This document shows positions 30,429-40,835 of a stretch of DNA of 64,000 nucleotides, piece by piece. Positions within the stretch are counted from its first letter, which is position 1, and the number at the start of each line of letters is the position of its first letter. Source of the stretch: an uncultured bacterium (GTDB lineage Bacteria > CSSED10-310); contig CAZELM010000002.1 of NCBI GenBank assembly GCA_964512995.1, positions 18,637 through 82,636 on the forward strand, in the 5' to 3' direction. The position numbers were made by a program, and so were the translations under genes. The notes beneath the pieces were generated by a model that was not told the DNA's origin, did no database searches, and was given only the letters and a program-made list of their open reading frames with translations.

Positions 30429-30727
30429 TGGAAGGAGTCTTCCCGGTCAGCAAATAACGTCTGAATGATCCATCCTGATTATGATCAGTCAGTTTATTAC
30501 AATAGCTCTCCACCTGATGGCAACACACGGAAAACTTATTGAGTTAATTGGCTAATATTCCATTAATTGATGTAGGATTATGTGCACCTTGTGATTTTAA
30601 TAATTGCGTTATGCTATTCACTTTTACGATTTACAACCATTTTGTTTTACGTCCTGTAATGCAGGTCGACACGAGTATTTTCACAATACTCATTTTCAAT
30701 TCACGATGAAGCGGAAAGGATACCGGG

Positions 30728-31822
30728 ATGAGCGAATTAAAACGTACTGGGTTATATGATGCTCATGTAAAAGCAGGTGGCAAAATCGTTCCGTTTGCGG
30801 GGTGGGAATTGCCGGTGCAATACTCCTCAATTAAAGAAGAACATGAAGCCGTCAGAAATACAGCAGGGATGTTCGATGTCAGTCATATGGGCGAAATCTT
30901 TTTCTCCGGCCCCGATGCCTTGGCAAATGTACAACATCTTGTCTCCAATGATGCAGAAAAAATGAAGATCAATCGAGCGGTGTATTCGGGATTGCTTTAC
31001 CCCAATGGCACCTTTGTCGATGATGTTTTGGTTTACAAGCTGGCCGAAGATCATTTCCTGATGGTAGTCAATGCGGCAAATCTGGAAAAAGATTATCAAT
31101 GGATGAAACAGAATCTCTTTGGCAATGTTTGCTGCGAAAATGCCAGTGATCGTTATACTCAGATCGCATTACAGGGACCTAAATCGAGGGAGATATTACA
31201 GAATCTGGTCGATATCGATCTCAGCAGAATGAAGTATTACGGTTTTTCACATGGCAATATTGCAGGGACTGAATGTATTATTTCCCGAACTGGATACACG
31301 GGTGAAATCGGATTTGAACTATACTTTGACCGTGTTCATTCCATCAAGATCTGGGATGCATTAATGGAAACGGGCAAACCATCCGGGATACAACCAGCCG
31401 GACTAGGCTGCAGAGATACATTGCGGCTGGAAGCTGGAATGGCATTGTATGGCAACGATATTGACGATGCACATACTCCATTGGAAGCTGGTCTGGAGTG
31501 GATTGTAAAATTTGACAAAGATGATTTTATCGGGAAGACTGCCTTGCTGCAGCAGAAAGAGCAAGGGCTCAAAAGACATCTGGTCGGGATCGAGTTGACG
31601 GATCGAGGGATACCTCGCCATGGCTATAAAATTCTTTCAGATGGGCGAGAAGTTGGAGAGGTGACCAGCGGAACGTTATCGATATCGCTTCAAAAACCTA
31701 TTGGAATGGGGTATATTGAACACGGTCTTGAGAAACCCGGGACGATGTTACACGTTGAGATTCGTAAAAACGCTGTCCCGGGCGTTATTGTTACGTTACC
31801 ATTTTACTCCAACACACGCTGA
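30728..31822 (+). CDS. gcvT: Glycine cleavage system T protein (aminomethyltransferase).
   Basis: Contains [32 protein letters not shown] and [10 protein letters not shown], and it opens the gcv operon. Confidence 0.95.
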   Translation: MSELKRTGLYDAHVKAGGKIVPFAGWELPVQYSSIKEEHEAVRNTAGMFDVSHMGEIFFSGPDALANVQHLVSNDAEKMKINRAVYSGLLYPNGTFVDDVLVYKLAEDHFLMVVNAANLEKDYQWMKQNLFGNVCCENASDRYTQIALQGPKSREILQNLVDIDLSRMKYYGFSHGNIAGTECIISRTGYTGEIGFELYFDRVHSIKIWDALMETGKPSGIQPAGLGCRDTLRLEAGMALYGNDIDDAHTPLEAGLEWIVKFDKDDFIGKTALLQQKEQGLKRHLVGIELTDRGIPRHGYKILSDGREVGEVTSGTLSISLQKPIGMGYIEHGLEKPGTMLHVEIRKNAVPGVIVTLPFYSNTR

Positions 31823-31876
31823 CTTCATCTGATTGTGTGAATGGATAATTGCTCATAAATAATAATGATATAGGAG

Positions 31877-32275
31877 GTGTTTGTGAATTATCCTGTTGAT
31901 CTAAGATATTCAAACGATCATGAATGGCTTAAAATCGAAAATGAGAATATCGGGATTGTCGGTATCACCCATCATGCTCAAGAACAGTTGGGAGATGTGG
32001 TTTTTGTCGAGTTGCCTGAAATTGGCGCTCATTTTGACGCCGGTGATGTTTTTGGTGTTGTCGAATCAGTCAAGGCTGTCGTCGACTGTTACATGCCAGT
32101 ATCCGGAAGAATTCTTGAAGTAAATAACTCTTTGAAATCACAGTGTGATTTGATCAATCGAGATCCGCATGATCAAGGCTGGATGATCAAACTCCAATTG
32201 GATCATCCCGATGAACCGAATAAACTGATGACCCATATCGAGTATGAGGAATATCTGACTCAATCAGAAGGTTAA
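31877..32275 (+). CDS. gcvH: Glycine cleavage system H protein (lipoyl carrier).
   Basis: Contains YSNDHEWL and the lipoyl-lysine motif VESVKAV. Confidence 0.9.
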   Translation: MFVNYPVDLRYSNDHEWLKIENENIGIVGITHHAQEQLGDVVFVELPEIGAHFDAGDVFGVVESVKAVVDCYMPVSGRILEVNNSLKSQCDLINRDPHDQGWMIKLQLDHPDEPNKLMTHIEYEEYLTQSEG

Positions 32276-32278
32276 ACT

Positions 32279-33640
32279 ATGCGATACATACCACTTACTG
32301 AGACAGAACAGCAGGAGATGCTGGCTGCAATTGGCGCATCTTCTGTAGACGAACTATTTCATGATATCCCCGATTACCTCCGCTTAAAACACCCATTGAA
32401 TCTCCCATCTGCAATGAGTGAATGGGCGTTGCTCCACCATGCACGTCAGATGTCCAGTGAAAATGTTCCCCATGATTCTGTCCCCTGCTTTTTGGGTGCG
32501 GGATCATATCGTCATTTTATCCCGGCCATTGTTCCGTATCTTGTTTCCCGGACTGAATTCCTGACAGCCTATACTCCCTATCAGCCGGAAATCAGCCAGG
32601 GATCGCTCCAGGCGATTTTTGAATATCAAACGATGATGACTCAACTGACCGGCCTTGATGTCTCCAATGCATCTCTCTATGACGGAGCTATGGCTACTGC
32701 TGAAGCCGCTCTGCTGGCACATCGTGTGACAAAAAAGACAAAAATTGGAGTTTCCAAAGGATTGACTCCTTCATACCGCCGGACCCTGGAAACGTATATC
32801 CATAATCAGAACATCGAATTAATTGATCTGGATCTATCAGACGATGGAACAACGCTTCGGGAATCGATCCAATCATTGCCACTGGATGATGTGGGTGCTG
32901 TCATTATTCAATCGCCTAATTTTCTGGGAGTCATTGAGAGTGTCTCCGATATATCCAATATCCTCAAATCGACAAAAACACTTCTAATCACCGTGGTCAC
33001 GGAAGCTTTATCATTGGGAATTCTGAATCCGCCGGGTGCAATAGGAGCCGATATTGTGTGTGGAGAAGCACAATCACTGGGACTTCCAACTTCTTTTGGA
33101 GGACCTTATCTTGGATTCTTCACGTGCAAAAAAGAACTGCTTCGCCAGTTGCCGGGAAGAATTGTCGGAATGACCAAAGATACAAATGGAAACTGTGGAT
33201 TTGTCAACACACTCTCAACACGGGAGCAACATATTCGCAGAGAAAAAGCCACATCAAATATCTGCACGAATCAGGCATTGTGCGCACTGTCAGCAGCCAT
33301 CTACATGGCTACCATGGGACGTCAAGGGCTCCGAAAACTTGCTCTATTGAATATGAAAAAATCCGCTTATCTCAAACAAAGAATCATGGAGATTCCGGGA
33401 TTTGTAATCCCCTTCAGCGGGTTTACGTTTAATGAATTCTGTATCCGCGTGCCCGGCTCCCTCGACCAACTCCTTCAGAAATTGGAATCTCAACATATTA
33501 TCGCTGGATTTGATCTTCGAAACGATTATCCGGAACTCGGCGAATCCATGTTGCTCTGTGCGACAGAAATCAACTCCAAAGAACACATCGACCGATTTAT
33601 AACGATCTTGAACGATCATGCTGCGGAGGTTCTGCGATGA
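32279..33640 (+). CDS. gcvPA: Glycine dehydrogenase (decarboxylating) subunit 1 (P-protein N-terminal half).
   Basis: Contains YIPLTETEQQEML and TPYQPEISQG. This is a split P-protein arrangement, and the gene overlaps gcvPB at ATGA. Confidence 0.95.
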   Translation: MRYIPLTETEQQEMLAAIGASSVDELFHDIPDYLRLKHPLNLPSAMSEWALLHHARQMSSENVPHDSVPCFLGAGSYRHFIPAIVPYLVSRTEFLTAYTPYQPEISQGSLQAIFEYQTMMTQLTGLDVSNASLYDGAMATAEAALLAHRVTKKTKIGVSKGLTPSYRRTLETYIHNQNIELIDLDLSDDGTTLRESIQSLPLDDVGAVIIQSPNFLGVIESVSDISNILKSTKTLLITVVTEALSLGILNPPGAIGADIVCGEAQSLGLPTSFGGPYLGFFTCKKELLRQLPGRIVGMTKDTNGNCGFVNTLSTREQHIRREKATSNICTNQALCALSAAIYMATMGRQGLRKLALLNMKKSAYLKQRIMEIPGFVIPFSGFTFNEFCIRVPGSLDQLLQKLESQHIIAGFDLRNDYPELGESMLLCATEINSKEHIDRFITILNDHAAEVLR

Positions 33641-35142
33641 ACTGTCACGACTCATTCCCCGGCAAAAGTGGGTTGATCCTTGAAGAACCCCTCATTTTTC
33701 ACCGAAGTTCGGCTGAGCGGGAAGGTTATTCCATACCTGAAGACGATATCCCGGCTGTGAATGACCGTCTCCTACCACCACCCGAATTCCTTCGGGATGA
33801 TATCTGTGGGATGCCAGAAGTGTCTGAACTGGATGTCGTTCGCCATTTCACCCGTTTATCGACCTGGAACTATTCCGTTGATCATGGCATGTATCCACTG
33901 GGTTCCTGCACCATGAAATACAACCCGAAAGTAAACGAAACGGTCGCATCGTTACCCGGATTTTTGAATCTGCACCCATTGACACCTGAAAAATATATCC
34001 AATCCGCATTGCGACTGATACACGAACTCGAGGCGTATTTAAAAGAGATCAGCGGATTAGATGCCGTTTCGATCCAACCATCCGCAGGTGCTCAGGGTGA
34101 GCTGACCGGCATGTTGATGATCCGCGCATACCACGTATCCCGCGGCGAATCAAATCGCCAGATCGTTTTGATTCCAGATTCTGCTCATGGCACAAACCCC
34201 GCAAGTTGTATCATCGCCGGATTGACAGCTCAGGTCATTCCCAGTGGTCCGGATGGACGATTGGATCCGGCCAGTATTCAACCGTATCTGAATGACAAAT
34301 TGGCAGCCATCATGATGACGAATCCCAATACATTGGGATTATTCGAATCTAACGCTGCCGAAATCGCCAGATGCATTCATGAAGCAGGTGGTCTGGTTTA
34401 TATGGACGGAGCCAATTTGAATGCGCTGATGGGAATCATTCAGCCGGGTGCATTGGGTGTCGATGTCCTGCATATCAACCTTCATAAAACATTTTCCACT
34501 CCACACGGAGGGGGTGGTCCAGGTGCTGGACCCGTTGCAGTATCCAAAAAGCTGGAACCATTTCTTCCGGTACCGCGCATCAAAAAAGTTGACGGACAGT
34601 TTACTCTCTGCGATGATTACCCGAATTCGATCGGCAAAGTTCATGGTTTTCTTGGCAATTTTGGCGTAATGGTCCGAGCGTATGCATACATTCGTTCGAT
34701 GGGACCCGATGGCCTCCGTGCCGTCACTGAAGCAGCGACGATCAATGCCAATTATATCAAAGAAAGCCTAAAGCCCTATTTTCATCTTGAATACGATGAT
34801 TTATGCAAGCATGAATGCGTTCTCAGCGATAAAAACTTACATGAACATGGGATTACCACCTTGGATGTTGCCAAGCGGCTGATGGATTACGGATTCCATC
34901 CTCCTACGATCTACTTTCCGTTGATCGTGAAGGGAGCGATCATGATTGAGCCAACAGAATCAGAGTCCAAACGAAACATCGATCGATTCATCGACGCCAT
35001 GATCGCAATTTATGAAGAAAGTAAAACAAACCCTGAACTCGTAAAAGCAGCTCCCACCAAAACAAAAATACGCCGATTGGATGAAACGGCTGCTGCCCGG
35101 AAGCCGATTCTCCGATGGGAACCTTTTATGGAAATGCCCTGA
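33637..35142 (+). CDS. gcvPB: Glycine dehydrogenase (decarboxylating) subunit 2 (P-protein C-terminal half, PLP-binding).
   Basis: Contains GSCTMKYNP and the PLP-Lys region LHINLHKTFSTPHGGGGPG. Confidence 0.95.
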   Translation: MNCHDSFPGKSGLILEEPLIFHRSSAEREGYSIPEDDIPAVNDRLLPPPEFLRDDICGMPEVSELDVVRHFTRLSTWNYSVDHGMYPLGSCTMKYNPKVNETVASLPGFLNLHPLTPEKYIQSALRLIHELEAYLKEISGLDAVSIQPSAGAQGELTGMLMIRAYHVSRGESNRQIVLIPDSAHGTNPASCIIAGLTAQVIPSGPDGRLDPASIQPYLNDKLAAIMMTNPNTLGLFESNAAEIARCIHEAGGLVYMDGANLNALMGIIQPGALGVDVLHINLHKTFSTPHGGGGPGAGPVAVSKKLEPFLPVPRIKKVDGQFTLCDDYPNSIGKVHGFLGNFGVMVRAYAYIRSMGPDGLRAVTEAATINANYIKESLKPYFHLEYDDLCKHECVLSDKNLHEHGITTLDVAKRLMDYGFHPPTIYFPLIVKGAIMIEPTESESKRNIDRFIDAMIAIYEESKTNPELVKAAPTKTKIRRLDETAAARKPILRWEPFMEMP

Positions 35143-35159
35143 TTTGCTGATGACTGATC

Positions 35160-35192
35160 AATCCCTCCTCAACCGTGCTACGAGGAGGGATT
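35160..35192. terminator. Strong 11-bp stem hairpin (aatccctcctc-N11-gaggagggatt) between the convergent gcvPB and GT2 genes; no adjacent U-tract.
   Basis: Read directly; the arms are exact reverse complements. A T9 run lies 50 nt downstream at 35243-35256. It may be a factor-dependent terminator or simply an RNA structure. Confidence 0.35.
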
Positions 35193-35258
35193 ACCGGATT
35201 ATCGACTTGAATCCCGACACGACACATCACATGAGCGGGATGGCTTATTTCTTTTTTT

Positions 35259-36299
35259 TCAGATGAACCGTTCTTTATCTCTATCCCACCATAATGTAAA
35301 CATAAGACGGTAAATCCGGCTTTCCTCATACCAATCCGCAGCCGGATCGATACGATATCGTTGGCTGACGCAAGCGAGCGCCCAACGACACATAGCCATC
35401 AGGCTGATAAGTTGACAGACAATAAAGGTTTTCCATGCAGGATGGTGTTTTCGAAAAAAATAGACCATGCTTCGATATCGTTCAAAAAATGGCCGAAGGG
35501 GTGCTTTACGGGACGCCGAAGCGACTTCATGCCGGGATATCACCTGATCCAGATACACCCATTTCCAACCTGCTTTTCGTGCTCTCAATGCAAAATCGAT
35601 CTCTTCATAGTAGAGGAAGAAACCATCATCCATCCCTCCAATCTGGTCAAATGCACATCGTTTGATCATGACGCATGCGCCAGTTGTATAATCGACATAC
35701 TGGACGGGAGATGGTTCAGCATACTGCTGAAAAAAGCGTCCCAATATTCGCAGATGACCCTGGATAACGACTTCATCCGCTGGCAACAGTCGTTTTAAGC
35801 AGAAAAGATGAGCAATAATGAGATGCAGGTCAGGAAAAGTACCTCGGGATGGTTGGAGCCTTCCATCCGGATATATCAGACGAGGTGCTGCTGCAACAGC
35901 ATCATGTTGTGTCTCCAGAAAAAACTTCAGTGCACTTATCCCATCCAGCGTAATCCGTGCATCCGGGTTTAGAAGCAGTATCAATGGAGCTGTTGTGGCA
36001 CTAACTCCCTGATTGACCGCGAAAGCAAAACCTTTATTTTCTGGATTCGCGATGAGTCGTATCCGGTTTTCAAACGAACGAGCCACATTCAGCGTTGAAT
36101 CTTCCGAATGATTATCAACAACAATAATTTCCAGATTCACCCATGGATTAGTATTAAGCAGTTGCGACACGCACTCCTGAAGTTCAAACTCAGCATTATA
36201 TGTTACCAGGATTACCGCGATATCCGCTTGTTGAGATCTTGAGTCTATCATCATTGCCTCTTCGTAGTAACACAATTCCTTTCCAAATCTTCTTTCCAA
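35259..36299 (-). CDS. Glycosyltransferase family 2 (polyprenyl-phosphate sugar synthase-like or rhamnosyltransferase-like).
   Basis: VILVTYNAEF, VVDNHSED and NPENKGFAFAVNQG are classic GT2-A motifs. It lies directly downstream of the GT-C gene on the same strand. Confidence 0.8.
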   Translation of the reverse strand: MERRFGKELCYYEEAMMIDSRSQQADIAVILVTYNAEFELQECVSQLLNTNPWVNLEIIVVDNHSEDSTLNVARSFENRIRLIANPENKGFAFAVNQGVSATTAPLILLLNPDARITLDGISALKFFLETQHDAVAAAPRLIYPDGRLQPSRGTFPDLHLIIAHLFCLKRLLPADEVVIQGHLRILGRFFQQYAEPSPVQYVDYTTGACVMIKRCAFDQIGGMDDGFFLYYEEIDFALRARKAGWKWVYLDQVISRHEVASASRKAPLRPFFERYRSMVYFFRKHHPAWKTFIVCQLISLMAMCRWALACVSQRYRIDPAADWYEESRIYRLMFTLWWDRDKERFI

Positions 36300-36336
36300 T
36301 GCATGATCACACCAATAAGAGATGGTAAGGTGTCAC

Positions 36337-38070
36337 TCATCTGGCATCAATTTCATCCAGTTCTTTCACCTGCCACAGAATCACAGGAGAATTTTTTATC
36401 TGGAATGTCGTTATATATGTCGCGTTTTCCATCACTTCCGGAAACCATTGTTTCTGGAGAACCAGTTCATTGCCCAATGGGTACTCCCATGAAAGGATAT
36501 GTGTTATATTGTGTTTCTCGAATGGATTCTCATCATTGACAAAGCCTTTCCAGAGCGGAATCGCCCGATGGGTGGTCTCCAAGCACAATTCCGGAGCCCA
36601 TTGGCCGGCGATAACGGATCCCGAAGGCAGCAGTGTATTGAGTTCCCGGGAAGCCTGAACGATGTGATATGTCCGATGGAACTGCCAATTCAGCAATCTC
36701 CCGACATCCATTCCCACACAGATGATAGTGATAATGATCCATATGCGATAGGATATCCTGCCCGGCAGAATGGACACAGCCGCCAGAAAAATACCGATGA
36801 CGATCACCATGATCGCTCCATCTGTTGAAAATCCTGGCAAGGATGCATATCCCAGCCATTTTCCTCCAGTAAAAAGTTGATCTAACAGCGGAATTGCATT
36901 GGCAATGACTGGAATCATCATCCAACTGCTCGAAATGAAATTCCTGCCTGATGATCCAACCTTCATCGGAAACTTTTTATCGAAGGAACGACTGCCTCGG
37001 AGAAGATCTGTCATACCGATCCAGCGCCATGATCCGATCAAGATGAGGGGGATGATCAATGGAATATAGTATCTCACTGGCCGATAGGTCAGAGGCGACA
37101 GGAATAAAAAACCGGATACAAACCATACATAACTGAACAGAACGATTCCTGGGATTTCCTTTGATCTTCGGGCAAACGATCGCATGAATGGAATTTCGAT
37201 CAGCAACAGCCATCCGGTGCAGAGTATTAACGGCATCCGATTGAAATAGATAAAAAAAGGCTGAAGTATGACGTTCTTGATCATCGAGATCAGTGAATGC
37301 TCATGTTGTGAAAGATAAAACTGCTGATATCGGATCAAAATTTCTCGTTCCGGCAGGTAGATCACAACAAACCATGGGATAATGACCGACAGGAATCCCA
37401 AAACCTGTGTGATGTTCTTTTTATGTGAAAATGAGTTGAAACCATCAAGCCAGTAACTTGCTGCGAGCAGCGTGAACAATAGGTAAATCTGTGTTCCCTT
37501 GGTGATATAAGTCAAGGCGGCAAAAAAACCCGCAGCGCCATACCAGAAATACACCCTCGCAGAAGCAGCACGACACCAGCAGTAAGCAGTGACAATACTC
37601 CCGACTACAGCGGCTGTTTCCAATAAAGCAATCCGTTGATAGGCAACGAATACAGGACATACTGCACTGAATAAGAAGGCCAGCCATCCCCATTGATAGA
37701 CTCTTACCAACAAAATAAAAATTATTACTGTGGCGAAAGAGAAACTCAATGCAGAAATGCGGACAGCAAGTAATCCCGGCTTTATGGCCTTAAATAAAAA
37801 GATGGTCCACGGATGGATCAAGGGAGAGACAAACCGATCGTGCCAGTCATCGGTGCCATAGTCCCCCCATATGACCCAATTACGGGCATCATGCACCCAA
37901 AATCCTTCGTCTGCATAATAGCCACCGCTCCAAGATAGATCCGGAGGTGGGTCGGAGAGTGGATTGATCGATCGGAAAAAAATGGCCAATAAAAAAGATA
38001 TTATCCAGATCCATTTGATAATCTGCGTATTCATCCGGCCATTACTTCTCCCTGCTTCAAACCAATACAA
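36337..38070 (-). CDS. GT-C fold membrane glycosyltransferase, ArnT/PMT (GT39/GT83-like) family.
   Basis: More than 10 TM segments. Contains GGYYADEGFW (DE motif), RISALSFSFATVII and YQRIALLETAAV, which match the PMT_2/ArnT family. Confidence 0.7.
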   Translation of the reverse strand: MYWFEAGRSNGRMNTQIIKWIWIISFLLAIFFRSINPLSDPPPDLSWSGGYYADEGFWVHDARNWVIWGDYGTDDWHDRFVSPLIHPWTIFLFKAIKPGLLAVRISALSFSFATVIIFILLVRVYQWGWLAFLFSAVCPVFVAYQRIALLETAAVVGSIVTAYCWCRAASARVYFWYGAAGFFAALTYITKGTQIYLLFTLLAASYWLDGFNSFSHKKNITQVLGFLSVIIPWFVVIYLPEREILIRYQQFYLSQHEHSLISMIKNVILQPFFIYFNRMPLILCTGWLLLIEIPFMRSFARRSKEIPGIVLFSYVWFVSGFLFLSPLTYRPVRYYIPLIIPLILIGSWRWIGMTDLLRGSRSFDKKFPMKVGSSGRNFISSSWMMIPVIANAIPLLDQLFTGGKWLGYASLPGFSTDGAIMVIVIGIFLAAVSILPGRISYRIWIIITIICVGMDVGRLLNWQFHRTYHIVQASRELNTLLPSGSVIAGQWAPELCLETTHRAIPLWKGFVNDENPFEKHNITHILSWEYPLGNELVLQKQWFPEVMENATYITTFQIKNSPVILWQVKELDEIDAR

Positions 38071-38357
38071 TGATCGGCTGTCCTAAATTCAGATCAAAGC
38101 CGATACTCACTCGATGATTCTATTCATCGATCGTAAGCATTATCGGATGAACCTATTTTCTTTACAAGGAAAACACGTTTTAAACTGCCATCATGGATAA
38201 ATTTCCAGCCATCGCTGCGATTTTCTCCACCACAGGGGCGACTATCTTGACTATTTGTCAGTGAAACGCTATTGATGTTTTAACAGATGGAGGCCGTCAC
38301 AGGTTTTATCAGTGTCTGTTCTACACGATGAGCAGGTTTTAAGAAAGGGGATGAAGG

Positions 38358-39644
38358 ATGTTGAGATCAATCAGGATTCCAATTGCCGGAGTGTTATTCA
38401 TCATCGCTCTTGTGCTGGCAGGATGTGAAAATAGTGAAAATTTTCGCAAAGGCTTACAGCTAAAAAATACTTCTGACTACAAAAACGCCATAACCCAGTT
38501 TCAGGATTTTCTCAAAATCTACCCTGACTCGGCTTATAAAACACGAGTCCAAGAAGAGATTGCCGACTGCTACTTCCTGTGGGCTCAAAATGAAAAGCAG
38601 CTAAAACACTGGGATAAGGGCGTGGAGTTACTGCAGATCATTCTCGATACCTATCCGGATACGAGTGTTGCAGAAAAAATCGAAGAAGTTTTGCCGGAAT
38701 TCCTGATGGAATGGTCAAGCCAACTTGCTTACGAAGGAAAATTCATTGATTCGCTGGGGGTTTTGAAACGACTGATTCTTAATTTTCCAGCTTCAAGTCC
38801 TGCTCAAGAAGGCCGTGAACTCCGCAAAAAAATAGGCATTATCGCATTCAACTCAGACAATAACATCTATGTGATGAATGCGGATGGTTCAAAACTAAGA
38901 AAAATCGCCACATCAGCCATAGCCCCAACCATCTCCCCTGATGGCACAAAAATCGCCTATATAAAAATACAAAAACCGGGTGATAAAACAGGATTTTTAT
39001 ACTTGTCAAACATTGATGGTCGTAAAGCCAAACAGCTTCTGGATAATCCCGTCGCAGCCGACCCGAATTTTTCTCCAGACGGGACGAACATTCTGATTAC
39101 AAAAGGAGATGCGTTTCAAACCGTCGATTTATCAGGCCGAACGATCAATGCGTATTTCGGGATCAAAGATTTCGACACGATTGGCAGTTTCAGTCCGACA
39201 GGAAAGCAGGTTGTCGCATTCCTCAAGAATCCCAAAGATGCCATATCCCGGCTTTGTGTGACAGAAAATTTCGAGGAATATATCGAACTTCTCAACACCA
39301 AAGATGCTGTAATCCGGGATGCAGCATGGTCTCAGGATAACCTTCGAATTGTGTATGTAACACCGAATGGCTTGCACACTGTTTCACCCGAAGGCGAAAA
39401 CCAGATGGACTTCATTCTGTCCAATACCATAGATAACATGGATATCCAGTCTGTTGATATTGCTCCAACAGGATCGAACATCATTTTAATTGGAAAGAAA
39501 CAAGCTGATCCGAGTTACAAATTATATTATGTTACGCTCAACAAGGATGTATTCCCGCTGGAATATCAGGCTTCAAAAGACGGAGAATTGCCACTTCCGG
39601 ATGCCGGCAGAGTATCCTGGGGATATGGATACCTCCGATACTGA
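38358..39644 (+). CDS. Lipoprotein with TPR-like N-terminal region and TolB-like beta-propeller repeats.
   Basis: The signal peptide and lipobox are FIIALVLAGCEN. Repeated SPDGTKIAY / FSPDGTNILI / FSPTGKQVVAF propeller blades are present. Confidence 0.55.
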   Translation: MLRSIRIPIAGVLFIIALVLAGCENSENFRKGLQLKNTSDYKNAITQFQDFLKIYPDSAYKTRVQEEIADCYFLWAQNEKQLKHWDKGVELLQIILDTYPDTSVAEKIEEVLPEFLMEWSSQLAYEGKFIDSLGVLKRLILNFPASSPAQEGRELRKKIGIIAFNSDNNIYVMNADGSKLRKIATSAIAPTISPDGTKIAYIKIQKPGDKTGFLYLSNIDGRKAKQLLDNPVAADPNFSPDGTNILITKGDAFQTVDLSGRTINAYFGIKDFDTIGSFSPTGKQVVAFLKNPKDAISRLCVTENFEEYIELLNTKDAVIRDAAWSQDNLRIVYVTPNGLHTVSPEGENQMDFILSNTIDNMDIQSVDIAPTGSNIILIGKKQADPSYKLYYVTLNKDVFPLEYQASKDGELPLPDAGRVSWGYGYLRY

Positions 39645-39806
39645 TCTCTTAATGAATTCCGGGATTATCTGAGCGGAAACCGAATACTCGATCGATACAT
39701 AAAGCAACGAAAACATCGCATTTCGGCACTGTGGGAGTGCGATGTTGTTTTATATTGAGATTATGAACCAGTCCCGGAGAGGAAACTCCCACTTCCAATC
39801 ACGGTT

Positions 39807-40682
39807 CTATCTGGCACTATAGAGAATTCCTGTAACCGAAATCACCCAGAGAATAATATCGATGACCATTGCTTTATCCTGTATCAGTACCCGATCCGGG
39901 CTTCCACCCAAGTTTTGAAGATGTACCAGATACAAATATCTGAAGATGGCAAACAATACAAATGGAACGGTGAAGATGAGATTTTGAGTATTAAACTTTT
40001 CGACGACTTTGTCGGAGATCGTATACAGAGCATATGCCATGAGCGCACTGGAGGTAACGACAGAAATCATCTGATCAACCAATCCAAGTGAATACTCCTG
40101 AAGAACTGCCCGGTGATTGGCTGCCTGATTCTCTATCAATTTTAATTCATGTCGACGTTTGCAGAGTGCAAGAAACAATGCGAGAAGGAATGTACAGATG
40201 AGTAGCCATTCGGATATCCTGACATCAATCACAACTGCACCAGCCACAGCCCGTAATACAAAACCGATTGCGATGATCATAACATCTACAATCACAACAT
40301 GTTTCAGATATAATGAATAAGCGATATTCATCGTTAAATATGTCAACGCAATGATGCCAAATGCATTGGAAACCATGAAACTCGCTACCAAAGAAAGGGT
40401 TCCGATCAAAATACCAGCCATCTTCGCATGCGTTTTCGGTAGCCGACCCGATGGGATAGGTCGCAATTTCTTCTCGGGATGAACCAGATCCCGTTCATAA
40501 TCTAATATATCGTTGAGAATATATACCGTTCCAGAAACCATACAAAACAAAAAAAACGCGACTGTTGTTTTTAACAGTGGCAGCACCTGGAAGATCTGAA
40601 GCGAAAATAAAATGCCTGCAAAAACAACAAAATTTTTCGTCCATTGCCGGGGTCGCATCGTTTCAAGAAGCGCTTTATACAT
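39807..40682 (-). CDS. UbiA-family prenyltransferase; decaprenyl-phosphate 5-phosphoribosyltransferase (DPPR synthase)-like.
   Basis: Contains MRPRQWTKNFVVFAG, YILNDILDYERDLVHPEKKLRPIPSG, LKH, LRAVAGA and CKRRHEL. It tracks M. tuberculosis Rv3806c-type motifs closely. Confidence 0.8.
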   Translation of the reverse strand: MYKALLETMRPRQWTKNFVVFAGILFSLQIFQVLPLLKTTVAFFLFCMVSGTVYILNDILDYERDLVHPEKKLRPIPSGRLPKTHAKMAGILIGTLSLVASFMVSNAFGIIALTYLTMNIAYSLYLKHVVIVDVMIIAIGFVLRAVAGAVVIDVRISEWLLICTFLLALFLALCKRRHELKLIENQAANHRAVLQEYSLGLVDQMISVVTSSALMAYALYTISDKVVEKFNTQNLIFTVPFVLFAIFRYLYLVHLQNLGGSPDRVLIQDKAMVIDIILWVISVTGILYSAR

Positions 40683-40835
40683 ATCATTACCTCATGGCCG
40701 ATTAAGATCCTTCATTTCACACAACCACCCGGGAGTGATCATTCGGATTACAGATTATCGAAAATTTTCTTTTGTCACAATCATGTTACCGTGAAGAATT
40801 GTAACTCCAGAAACTTTACGGCATAATCTTCGTTT

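Noticed and set aside
30429-30727. Candidate glycine riboswitch upstream of gcvT.
   Set aside because: The conserved aptamer cores (GGAGAG, CCGAAGG, CUCAGGCAAAAGGAC) are not present, so it is not called as a feature.
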